NCBI GenBank assembly: GCA_949296825.1
Contig: CASFQZ010000085.1
Coordinates: forward strand, 6,822 to 70,821
Origin: an uncultured Eubacteriales bacterium
GTDB taxonomy: Bacteria; Bacillota; Clostridia; Oscillospirales; Acutalibacteraceae
Reading direction: 5' to 3'
DNA: 64,000 nucleotides
Shown: positions 9,055 through 17,379 of the stretch, one piece after another
Layout of the letters: each line of letters opens with the position of its first letter
How positions within the stretch are numbered: position 1 is the first letter of the stretch
Notes under the pieces: generated by a model
What the model was told of the DNA's origin: nothing
Database searches by the model: none
Seen by the model: only the letters and a program-made list of their open reading frames with translations
Translations under genes and position numbers: made by a program

Positions 9055-10998
9055 TTATGCATCCATATCGTTCAGAATTTCCAGCCACAAATGCGCCGAC
9101 GCATCGCTCGGCATACGCCAATCGCCGCGGGGGGAAAGGGCGACACTGCCAACCTTTACGCCGTCCGGCAAGCAGCTGCGTTTTAACTGCTGCGAAAAAA
9201 AGCGACGGTAAAATACTTTTTCCCAGTGCAGAATTGTTTTCGGAGAAAAGTCCTCCGCAAAAGCCCGAACGGCAAGCGAGTAAATTTTATCCGGGGAAAA
9301 TCCAAACCGAAGCATATAGTATAAAAAGAAATCATGAAGCGCATAGGGTCCGATCAGCTCTTCGGTCTGCTGCGAAATTTGCCCCTTTTCATCCGGCGGC
9401 AACAGCTCCGGACTGATTGGCGTTGCCAGAATGTCCCGAAGCACTTCATCCGCCTGAGGAAACAGCTCATGCTCCATGACACTTTCAATCATCCAGCGAA
9501 TCAATGTCTTTGGGATACTGGCATTGACGCCGTACATGCTCATATGATCCGCATTGTAAGTACACCAGCCCAGCGCCAATTCGCTTAAATCGCCGGTACC
9601 CACCACAAATCCGCCGATTTTACAGGCATAATCCATCAAGACCTGGGTACGCTCCCGCGCCTGAATATTTTCATATGTCACATCAAAAGCGTCCTGCGGA
9701 TGATCGATATCCCGACAGTGGAGCGTGCAGGCTTCTTTGATGTCAATCTCTAAAGAAGAAACACCGAGTTTTTCCATCAACGCGACGGCATTGCCGTGGG
9801 TCCTGCCGGTTGTCCCAAAACAGGGCAAAGTGAGCGCAGTGATTTCCGACATTGGTTTGCCCGCTTTTTTCATGGCAAAAGCGCAAACCAGCAGCGCCAG
9901 CGTAGAGTCCAGTCCACCGGATACACCGATTACCGGACGATAGCCTACCACCTCGCACCGACGAAGAAGTCCCATTGCCTGCATTTCAAAAATCGAAAGA
10001 CAGCGGGAAAGACGGTCGTTTTTGTTTGCTGGCACAAAAGGAAGTTTTTCCACCGGATAAAGCGACCCATCGGAAGCCGACTCTCGATCGGAAAGAAAAA
10101 TTTTACGAAATGAAGGCGCAGCAGTCTGCGGGTTTGCGTGATACGTATTACGCTTCTGACGATCGGCGCGCAATTTCTCCAAATCAAAATCACAAACGGT
10201 GTAATCGCCGTCACAGATCCCTTTTGTATTTTCCGCCAGACAAACGCCATTTTCAAACATGCCGGTATAGCCGCCAAAAATCAAATCAGTGGACGACTCG
10301 CCCCACCCTGCGGAAGCGTAACAATAACCGCAAATCGCGGCGGCGGACTGATGACTTAGAAGGGAATGGCGGTATTCCCGCTTACCGATGGTTTCGTTAC
10401 TGGCCGAAAGATTCAGAATCAGCTCCGCGCCGCCGAGCGCCGCCAGTGTCGAGGGCGGCAGAGGCGCCCAAAGATCTTCACAGATTTCCACGCCGAACGT
10501 CGCACCATATGCCTGAAAAAGCAGGTCTGTTCCAAAGGGAATCGCTTCTTCCTGGGAAAGAAGAAAGTACGACGGGTCCATTTCTTTTTCCTTGCAAGAG
10601 CAAGCGGGGGCAAACCAGCGCGCCTCATAATATTCGCCGTAATTGGGGATATAAGTTTTTGGAACGATTCCATGGATTTTACCGCCGTGCAAAACAATCG
10701 CGCAATTATACAGATGGTTGCCCAAACGGACCGGCGCACCGACAATCAGAACCGCTGGAATTTTTTTACTGAAGGAAGCCAAGGAGCCGACTGCCTGCCG
10801 ACAAGCGTCCTGAAGCGAGTATTGAAAAAATAGATCAGCGCAGGAATAGGCGCTGACGCAGAGCTCGGGGAAAAGCAGAATCTGAGCGCCGTCCGCCGCA
10901 GCCTTCTGCGCCTGCTCACGGATGTAGCCGATATTAAACGACGGATCGCCGATTTTTACCTTTGGCACGCAAGCAGCCACCCGCAGATAATCATACAT
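9055..10998 (-). CDS. nadE: Glutamine-dependent NAD+ synthetase
   Basis: 647 aa. N-terminal CN-hydrolase domain plus C-terminal PP-loop GVSGGLDSTLAL. Confidence 0.9.
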   Translation of the reverse strand: MYDYLRVAACVPKVKIGDPSFNIGYIREQAQKAAADGAQILLFPELCVSAYSCADLFFQYSLQDACRQAVGSLASFSKKIPAVLIVGAPVRLGNHLYNCAIVLHGGKIHGIVPKTYIPNYGEYYEARWFAPACSCKEKEMDPSYFLLSQEEAIPFGTDLLFQAYGATFGVEICEDLWAPLPPSTLAALGGAELILNLSASNETIGKREYRHSLLSHQSAAAICGYCYASAGWGESSTDLIFGGYTGMFENGVCLAENTKGICDGDYTVCDFDLEKLRADRQKRNTYHANPQTAAPSFRKIFLSDRESASDGSLYPVEKLPFVPANKNDRLSRCLSIFEMQAMGLLRRCEVVGYRPVIGVSGGLDSTLALLVCAFAMKKAGKPMSEITALTLPCFGTTGRTHGNAVALMEKLGVSSLEIDIKEACTLHCRDIDHPQDAFDVTYENIQARERTQVLMDYACKIGGFVVGTGDLSELALGWCTYNADHMSMYGVNASIPKTLIRWMIESVMEHELFPQADEVLRDILATPISPELLPPDEKGQISQQTEELIGPYALHDFFLYYMLRFGFSPDKIYSLAVRAFAEDFSPKTILHWEKVFYRRFFSQQLKRSCLPDGVKVGSVALSPRGDWRMPSDASAHLWLEILNDMDA

Positions 10999-11039
10999 TC
11001 TTTCTATCCCCTCTCAAGCAGGATCCACTATATTCTATC

Positions 11040-11068
11040 ATTATAATCGCTATAGCGGGCAAAGTCAA
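11040..11068 (-). promoter_or_regulatory. Candidate sigma-A promoter of nadE (TTGACT-17-TATAAT)
   Basis: Minus strand reads TTGACT (11068-11063), a 17-nt spacer, then TATAAT (11045-11040). Perfect -10 hexamer. Confidence 0.55.
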
Positions 11069-11111
11069 TCTGCCCCCACAGGGGCGTCAAAAAAATTTTC
11101 CACAAAATTTC

Positions 11112-11127
11112 GGGCAATATATAGTAG
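11112..11127. promoter_or_regulatory. Candidate NrdR box 1
   Basis: Sequence gggCAATATATAGtag. The 10-nt core matches the published NrdR consensus core CwAtATaTwG at 10/10; the flanks are poor. Confidence 0.4.
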
Positions 11128-11152
11128 GGTTGACCAAAAATAAAAAGATTGC

Positions 11153-11168
11153 ATACAAGATATTGATT
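11153..11168. promoter_or_regulatory. Candidate NrdR box 2 (overlaps the nrdD -35)
   Basis: Sequence ataCAAGATATTGatt. Core matches 9/10 and lies 41 bp from box 1. Confidence 0.4.
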
Positions 11169-11191
11169 CCGTGCGGCGGTAATGATATAAT
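11163..11191 (+). promoter_or_regulatory. Candidate sigma-A promoter of nrdDG (TTGATT-17-TATAAT)
   Basis: TTGATT 11163-11168, 17-nt spacer, TATAAT 11186-11191, 44 nt upstream of the nrdD ATG. Confidence 0.5.
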
Positions 11192-11234
11192 CAAATCTGT
11201 TCGCAAACATTTCTTTTTTTTGAGGAGTTTTTAT

Positions 11235-13361
11235 ATGAAGGTAGTCAAACGGGACGGCGCGATTGTAGATTTTGATCGCAGCAAAATTGTATTGGCGCTG
11301 CAAAAAGCGAATCAAGCCGTCGAAGAGGATCAGCAGGTCAGCGAGGAACAGATTGAGCAGATTGTTTCTTCCATTGAAAATAAGCACCGGCAGCGGTATC
11401 TGGTGGAAGACATTCAGGATAGCGTCGAAAAAAAGCTGATGGAACTGGAAAAGTTCGATCTTGCCAAGGCGTATATCATTTACCGCTACACCCGCGCCCT
11501 GGTGAGAAAAGCAAATACAACGGACGAATCGATTTTGTCGCTGATCCAAAACAGCAACAAGGATGTAATGGAGGAAAATTCCAACAAAAACGCTGTGATG
11601 GCGGCAACCCAGCGTGATTTGATTGCCGGCGAGGTTTCCAAGGACATCACCAAGCGGCTGCTGCTTCCCGAGCACATTTCAAAAGCCCACGAGGACGGCG
11701 TTCTCCATTTTCATGATGCGGATTATTTTATTCAACCGATTTTCAATTGCTGTCTGATCAATATCGGCGATATGCTGGACAACGGCACCGTTATGAATGG
11801 AAAACTGATCGAAAGCCCCAAGAGCTTTCAGGTCGCCTGCACCATTATGACGCAGATCATTGCTTCCGTCGCCAGCAGCCAATATGGCGGACAATCGGTG
11901 GATATCCGCCATCTGGGCAAATACCTGCGCTATACCAAAGAGAAATTCCGTAAAAAAATCGTTGAAGCCTCTCATGGCGAGCTTTCCGACGATATGGTCG
12001 AAGCGCTGACAATGGAACGGCTGGGTGACGAGCTGCGCTCCGGTGTACAAACCATCCAATACCAGATCAATACGTTGATGACCACCAACGGTCAATCCCC
12101 CTTTGTCACAATTTTTATGTATCTGGAAGACGGCGACGAATATATCGAAGAAAACGCCATGATCATCGAGGAGATCCTGCGGCAGCGGCTGGAGGGGATC
12201 AAGAACGAGGTCGGCGTGTATGTCACGCCTGCCTTCCCGAAGCTGATTTATGTGTTGGATGAAAACAACTGCCTGAAAGGCGGAAAATACGATTATATCA
12301 CCGAGCTGGCGGTCAAATGCTCAGCAAAACGGTTGTATCCTGATTATATTTCCGCCAAAAAAATGCGCGAAAATTACGCGGGAAATGTGTTTTCCTGTAT
12401 GGGCTGCCGCAGCTTCCTTTCCCCTTGGAAGGACGAAAACGGCAATTATAAATTTGAGGGACGCTTCAACCAGGGTGTGGTAAGCATCAATCTGCCGCAG
12501 ATCGGAATCCTTGCCAGGGGTGACGAGGAAGTCTTCTGGAAGCTGATGGATGAGCGTCTGCAGCTTTGCTATGAGGCGCTGATGTGCCGCCATAACGCAT
12601 TAAAAGGGGTCCGCTCCGACACCAGTCCCGTCCATTGGCAGTACGGCGCCATAGCTCGACTGAAAAAAGGCGAAGTGATCGATCCTCTGCTGGAAAACGG
12701 CTACTCCACCCTATCGCTGGGGTATATTGGCCTGTATGAAGTGACCAAACTGATGAAGGGGGTCAGCCACACCGCGCCGGAGGGCACTGACTTTGCGCTG
12801 CGCGTCATGAAGCATCTGCGCGCCGCAACGGATCAGTGGAAAAAGGACACCGGACTGGGCTTTGCGCTTTACGGCACGCCGGCGGAGTCGCTCTGCTACC
12901 GCTTCGCCCGCATTGACAAAGAGCGCTTCGGCAGTATTCCCGATGTGACCGATAAGGGGTATTATACCAATTCCTATCATGTGGATGTGCGTGAGCATAT
13001 TGACGCATTCTCCAAATTCACCTTCGAGAGCCAGTTCCAGGATATTTCCTCCGGTGGCGCAATCTCCTATGTTGAAATTCCAAATATGCGTCACAATCTG
13101 ACCGCGCTGGAAGACGTCGTCCGCTTTATCTACGACAACATACAATACGCTGAATTCAATACAAAATCCGACTATTGTCAGGTCTGCGGTTTTGACGGCG
13201 AAATTATAATCAACGAAGACAATGAATGGGAGTGTCCCAACTGCGGCAATAAGGATCACAGCAAAATGAATGTGACGCGCCGCACCTGCGGATACTTGGG
13301 TGAAAACTTCTGGAACGTCGGCAAGACCAAAGAGATCAAAGCCCGCGTTCTGCACCTGTAA
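11235..13361 (+). CDS. nrdD: Anaerobic ribonucleoside-triphosphate reductase (class III)
   Basis: ATG 11235 lies 7 nt after GAGGAG. N-terminal ATP-cone (MKVVKRDGAIVDFDRSKI), C-terminal Zn ribbon CQVCG...CPNCG and glycyl-radical motif RRTCGYLG. The track ORF from 10962 is an upstream extension. Confidence 0.95.
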   Translation: MKVVKRDGAIVDFDRSKIVLALQKANQAVEEDQQVSEEQIEQIVSSIENKHRQRYLVEDIQDSVEKKLMELEKFDLAKAYIIYRYTRALVRKANTTDESILSLIQNSNKDVMEENSNKNAVMAATQRDLIAGEVSKDITKRLLLPEHISKAHEDGVLHFHDADYFIQPIFNCCLINIGDMLDNGTVMNGKLIESPKSFQVACTIMTQIIASVASSQYGGQSVDIRHLGKYLRYTKEKFRKKIVEASHGELSDDMVEALTMERLGDELRSGVQTIQYQINTLMTTNGQSPFVTIFMYLEDGDEYIEENAMIIEEILRQRLEGIKNEVGVYVTPAFPKLIYVLDENNCLKGGKYDYITELAVKCSAKRLYPDYISAKKMRENYAGNVFSCMGCRSFLSPWKDENGNYKFEGRFNQGVVSINLPQIGILARGDEEVFWKLMDERLQLCYEALMCRHNALKGVRSDTSPVHWQYGAIARLKKGEVIDPLLENGYSTLSLGYIGLYEVTKLMKGVSHTAPEGTDFALRVMKHLRAATDQWKKDTGLGFALYGTPAESLCYRFARIDKERFGSIPDVTDKGYYTNSYHVDVREHIDAFSKFTFESQFQDISSGGAISYVEIPNMRHNLTALEDVVRFIYDNIQYAEFNTKSDYCQVCGFDGEIIINEDNEWECPNCGNKDHSKMNVTRRTCGYLGENFWNVGKTKEIKARVLHL

Positions 13362-13371
13362 GGAGCCGAAT

Positions 13372-13911
13372 GTGAATTACGCGGATATCAAAAAATACGA
13401 CATCGCCAACGGGGTCGGCGTTCGCGTATCTCTGTTTGTCAGCGGCTGCCGCCACCACTGCAAAGGTTGTTTCAATCAGGAAGCCTGGGATTTTTCTTAC
13501 GGAAAGCCCTTTACCGATGCGACCATAGAGGAAATTTTAACTGCTTTACAGCCGGATCATATCAAGGGGCTTTCCCTCCTGGGCGGTGAGCCGCTGGACC
13601 CGAACAATCAGCAGGATATTCTGCGGCTGCTGCGCCGGTTCAAGAAAGAAATTCCCGGCAAGACGGTTTGGTGTTACACCGGCTATGATTTTGAAAAAGA
13701 TCTTTTGCCGCTGAAAATCGGCGAGCCAGAGATTCTTAAAGAAATTCTATCTGCTGTTGATGTTCTGGTCGACGGAAAATTTGTAGAAGCGCTGAAAAGC
13801 AAGGAGCTCCGTTTTCGCGGCTCATCCAATCAGCGAATTCTGGACGTTGCCGCCTCTCTGCGCAAAGGCAGGGCTATTGCTCTTCCGGGCAATTGGTATA
13901 TTGAGCACTAA
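13372..13911 (+). CDS. nrdG: Anaerobic RNR activating protein (radical SAM)
   Basis: GTG 13372 follows AAGGAG. CRHHCKGCFN cluster. Sits immediately downstream of nrdD. Confidence 0.9.
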   Translation: MNYADIKKYDIANGVGVRVSLFVSGCRHHCKGCFNQEAWDFSYGKPFTDATIEEILTALQPDHIKGLSLLGGEPLDPNNQQDILRLLRRFKKEIPGKTVWCYTGYDFEKDLLPLKIGEPEILKEILSAVDVLVDGKFVEALKSKELRFRGSSNQRILDVAASLRKGRAIALPGNWYIEH

Positions 13912-13923
13912 GGAGAAGAAGTC

Positions 13924-14361
13924 ATGCAAATTCGCATCAAAAAACTGAAAGAAAATGCCGTTGTCCCGACTTACGGCACCGAATTTTCGGCAGGCGCCGA
14001 TTTATATGCTTGCCTTGAGGAGGATGAACTAACGATTTTTCCCCATCGTACGGTTTTTATCGGGACCGGACTCGCCATTGAGATCCCGGCAGGCTATGCC
14101 GGCTTCACCCATGCGCGAAGCGGGCTCGCCTCGAAAAAAGGACTAGCGCCTGCCAACAAGGTTGGCGTCATCGATTCTGATTATCGTGGTGAGCTGATTA
14201 TCGCTCTTCATAATCATTCGGAAACGCCGCAGATCATTAAAAATCATGAACGAATTGCTCAGCTTGTGATCGCGCCTTATGTTCACGCTGATTTTCAAAT
14301 CAGCGATTCGCTGTCGGATAGCGAACGCGGCGCTGGTGGATTTGGCTCAACAGGTGCTTAA
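13924..14361 (+). CDS. dut: dUTP diphosphatase
   Basis: 145 aa. GVIDSDYRGE and C-terminal RGAGGFGSTG motifs. Confidence 0.9.
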   Translation: MQIRIKKLKENAVVPTYGTEFSAGADLYACLEEDELTIFPHRTVFIGTGLAIEIPAGYAGFTHARSGLASKKGLAPANKVGVIDSDYRGELIIALHNHSETPQIIKNHERIAQLVIAPYVHADFQISDSLSDSERGAGGFGSTGA

Positions 14362-14441
14362 CAGAGCTCACCAAAAAAACATCTTGTATTTTGCCGTTGT
14401 TTGCGTTATAATAACTTGCAAACTTAATGGAGGTTAAAATT

Positions 14442-15332
14442 ATGGCTGCGTTTTTTCAAAAAATCTTGTCCTTTTTCATGTCCATCCTTGCGTTTTTTGT
14501 CTCACTGTTTGGAATTTCTGTTGACACCATTGCTTATAAGGATGTCGCCTATGGCGACGATCCGATCCAGACCATGGATCTTTATGTTCCTGACAGTTAT
14601 GACAAAGAGCTTGGTCTTGTGCTAATGGTGCATGGCGGAACTTGGCAGCGCGGTGATAAATCCGCTTTCGCGAATGAGGCGAAAAATGATTCCGCTAAAT
14701 ACAATGTTGCCTGCGCGACCATCAACTATCACTTGATTTCTTACGGCGGAACCGTTAGTATGCAGGATATTTACGACGACATTTCCCTTTCCATCAAAAA
14801 ATGCGTTGAAATTGCCGCAGCGCAGGGCGTCACCTTAAATAAAGTAATGGTTCGCGGATTTTCTGCCGGCGCGCATATTGCCCTTTGCTATGCGTACAAT
14901 CAAAAGGATGTCTGTCCGCTGCCTCTGGTTGCCGTGTATGCAGTCAGCCCCATCGCTGATATGACAGATCTTGATTTGTATTATGCAGACACACTCGCCT
15001 GGCCGGAGAATCTTTGCAAGCTTGGCTCTATGATGTGCGGTCATACTTACACACTCGATACATTCGAAGAAAATATCGAGTATATCAAAACAATTTCACC
15101 GGCGCAGCTGGTCAACAGAGATTGTGTGCCGACCCTTACTTTCCACTCGACGAAAGATCCTATTGTTCCCTACAGCAACGTTGAACGCTTCTTTAATGCC
15201 CTTGAAGATCATGGCCCGGCGCATGATATTGTAATTTCCGAATCAGCTGGTCACGGTCCTGGGCAAGACCCGGCAGCCAGCGCGAAATTGGAAGAGCTGT
15301 ACGGTGAATACATTAAGGAATATCTGAAATAA
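14442..15332 (+). CDS. Alpha/beta hydrolase (esterase/lipase-like) with N-terminal TM or signal segment
   Basis: HGGTW oxyanion motif and GFSAGA nucleophile elbow. ATG 14442 follows GGAGG, which is formed by the earlier ATG 14427. Confidence 0.7.
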   Translation: MAAFFQKILSFFMSILAFFVSLFGISVDTIAYKDVAYGDDPIQTMDLYVPDSYDKELGLVLMVHGGTWQRGDKSAFANEAKNDSAKYNVACATINYHLISYGGTVSMQDIYDDISLSIKKCVEIAAAQGVTLNKVMVRGFSAGAHIALCYAYNQKDVCPLPLVAVYAVSPIADMTDLDLYYADTLAWPENLCKLGSMMCGHTYTLDTFEENIEYIKTISPAQLVNRDCVPTLTFHSTKDPIVPYSNVERFFNALEDHGPAHDIVISESAGHGPGQDPAASAKLEELYGEYIKEYLK

Positions 15333-15361
15333 GTAAAGCTATCTCGCATTATGGACATCAG

Positions 15362-15411
15362 ATAAGCATCTGACGGGTGGGACACCGCCCGTCAGATGCT
15401 TATGTATTTTT
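15362..15411 (+). terminator. Rho-independent terminator after the esterase gene
   Basis: 16-bp perfect stem ATAAGCATCTGACGGG / CCCGTCAGATGCTTAT (15362-15377 and 15388-15403), followed by a T-run at 15407-15411. Confidence 0.8.
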
Positions 15412-15623
15412 AACCTGTGTCCGTTTGCAACGCCGCAAGGCGCACAGGAATTTCCGCCATGAGTCAAGCGCAACGAAAGTTCTATGTATATCTCAGCCGG
15501 TGCAATTATCCAATTTAAAGTCGCACCTATGTTGTAAATACGCAAACCCATAAAGCCTTTGGACGGGTGGCGGAGATGCATACAAGGTGCAGGAATTCTA
15601 ATCTTACGAACCAACAAAAGGAG

Positions 15624-15664
15624 AAAAAAATATCGCCGATCGGCTTTGATCGGCGATATTTTTA
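15624..15664. terminator. Bidirectional rho-independent terminator (serves putP on the minus strand)
   Basis: 12-bp stem ATATCGCCGATC / GATCGGCGATAT, flanked by an A-run (15624-15630) and a T-run (15659-15663). Confidence 0.8.
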
Positions 15665-15675
15665 GCTTTGCATGT

Positions 15676-17235
15676 TTATGCGCCGGTGCGCACTTCATCA
15701 AATTCTTTTTGCACTTCAGCGGATGGCGCTTTGGTCAGCAGTGATACAATCACAATACAAAGGCTGGAAATAATAAACGCAGGAAGCAGCTCATAGATAT
15801 CCCAGATACCGCCAAGCGGACGAATCAGCAGATTCCAGATAAATACCATACTGCCGCCGCTGACCATCCCGGCGATGGCGCCCGCGCGGTTGATCCGTTT
15901 CCAGAACAGGCTGAACAGCATCAACGGTCCAAAGGTTGCACCGAAGCCAGCCCAGGCAAAGCTTACGATGGTGAAAATCACACTGTCCTCGTCAAGCGCG
16001 ATAAAAATCGCAACCACTGTAATCGCAAGAAGCGTGATCCGAGACATGGTTAAAACCTGTTTATCCGTTGCTTTTTTCCGAATCAAGCCCTGATAAATAT
16101 TCTTGGAAAAAGCGGAAGCCGCAATCAGGAGATAGGAGTCGGAGGAACTGATCGTTGCCGCCAGAATACCAGCCATGACAAGACCCGCAAGGATGGGCGG
16201 CAGGAGATTGGTGGAAAGAACAATAAAAACATTTTCTGCCTCGGAAGCAGTACTAAGCGCCGTGGGGAAAAGGCTTCTGCCCATCACACCGATGAAAACG
16301 GAAACCGAAAGGGAAATCAGCACCCAGACGGTGGCAATACGGCGAGAGCGGACCAGCTCTCGCTCTTCACGAATCGCCATAAAGCGAAGCAGCACCTGGG
16401 GCATACCGAAATAACCAAGACCCCAAGCCAAAGCAGAAAGGACCTTCATGATTCCGTACTCGCCTGCCTCGCCGAACTGCGGGACACCGCTGGCGACTTG
16501 CTGCACACCTTCGGCATCGGTAATTGGCGTCGCGACACCAAAGAAATCCAAAAAGCCGGGGACATTGCGCGCATTGTTCAAAACCGCCTCTATACCGCCG
16601 GCGGCGACGGTACCGGTAATCACCACAACAACAAGCGCAACAATCATAACAACCGCCTGCATAAAGTCGGACGCGCTCTCAGCCAGGAAACCGCCGAGAA
16701 TGGTATAAACCAAAACGAAGATCGCACCGACGATCATCATCGGGATATACGGCAGACCAAAAAGTGTAGAAAACAGCTTGCCGCAGGTCACAAGACAGCT
16801 TGCCGCATAAACCGTGAAGAAAATCAGAATAAACAACGCCGCTATGGTCATAATGACCTTGCTTTTTTCGTGGAACCGGTTGGAAAAGAATTCAGGCAGC
16901 GTAATGGCGTTACCGGCTTTTGCGCTGTAGCGGCGAAGGCGCTTTGAGGTGATCAGCCAATTGATATAGGTGCCGACCGCCAGACCGATTGCTGTCCAGG
17001 CGGAATCGGAAATACCGCACCAATAAGCAACGCCGGGCAGCCCCATCAAAAGCCAGCCTGACATATCCGACGCTTCAGCGCTCATGGCGGTAACCCAGGG
17101 ACCGAGCGACCTACCGCCCAGAAGATAATCCTCCGAGCTTTTATTGGCACGCTTTGCAAACGCGACGCCGATTCCAATGACCGCCAGCATATAGACTATC
17201 ATCGTAATCAGAATCTGGATGGTATCACTGTTCAT
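15676..17235 (-). CDS. putP: Sodium:proline symporter (SSS family)
   Basis: ATG 17235 follows GGAGGG. MNSDTIQILITMIVYMLAVIGIGVAFAKRANKSSEDYLLGGRSLGPW is a typical PutP N-terminus, with about 13 TM segments. The track ORF extends 47 codons further upstream. Confidence 0.85.
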   Translation of the reverse strand: MNSDTIQILITMIVYMLAVIGIGVAFAKRANKSSEDYLLGGRSLGPWVTAMSAEASDMSGWLLMGLPGVAYWCGISDSAWTAIGLAVGTYINWLITSKRLRRYSAKAGNAITLPEFFSNRFHEKSKVIMTIAALFILIFFTVYAASCLVTCGKLFSTLFGLPYIPMMIVGAIFVLVYTILGGFLAESASDFMQAVVMIVALVVVVITGTVAAGGIEAVLNNARNVPGFLDFFGVATPITDAEGVQQVASGVPQFGEAGEYGIMKVLSALAWGLGYFGMPQVLLRFMAIREERELVRSRRIATVWVLISLSVSVFIGVMGRSLFPTALSTASEAENVFIVLSTNLLPPILAGLVMAGILAATISSSDSYLLIAASAFSKNIYQGLIRKKATDKQVLTMSRITLLAITVVAIFIALDEDSVIFTIVSFAWAGFGATFGPLMLFSLFWKRINRAGAIAGMVSGGSMVFIWNLLIRPLGGIWDIYELLPAFIISSLCIVIVSLLTKAPSAEVQKEFDEVRTGA

Positions 17236-17268
17236 ATAATCCCTCCGAAAATCATGAAATATATTGGT

Positions 17269-17297
17269 ATTATACATGAATTTTTTCGTAAAGTCAA
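17269..17297 (-). promoter_or_regulatory. Candidate sigma-A promoter of putP (TTGACT-17-TATAAT)
   Basis: Minus strand reads TTGACT (17297-17292), a 17-nt spacer, then TATAAT (17274-17269). Confidence 0.6.
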
Positions 17298-17331
17298 GGT
17301 GAAGTACAGACGCTGAAGATGCTCCCCGCAT

Positions 17332-17365
17332 AAAAAAGCCGCCTCCGTAGGGAAGCGGCTTTTTG
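17332..17365 (-). terminator. Rho-independent terminator after the GPH transporter gene
   Basis: Minus strand reads AAAAAGCCGCTTCCCTACGGAGGCGGCTTTTTTATG: a GC-rich stem followed by a T-run. Confidence 0.75.
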
Positions 17366-17379
17366 ACGGAATACAAAAT

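Noticed and set aside
15506-15514. DnaA-box-like word TTATCCAAT.
   Set aside because: It is a single imperfect copy, with no cluster, no adjacent AT-rich unwinding element and no dnaA or dnaN nearby.
15339-15701. 120-aa minus-strand ORF filling the esterase/putP intergenic gap.
   Set aside because: It overlaps the putP 3-prime end, reads straight through the 16-bp terminator stem of the esterase gene, and has neither an RBS nor a recognisable motif.
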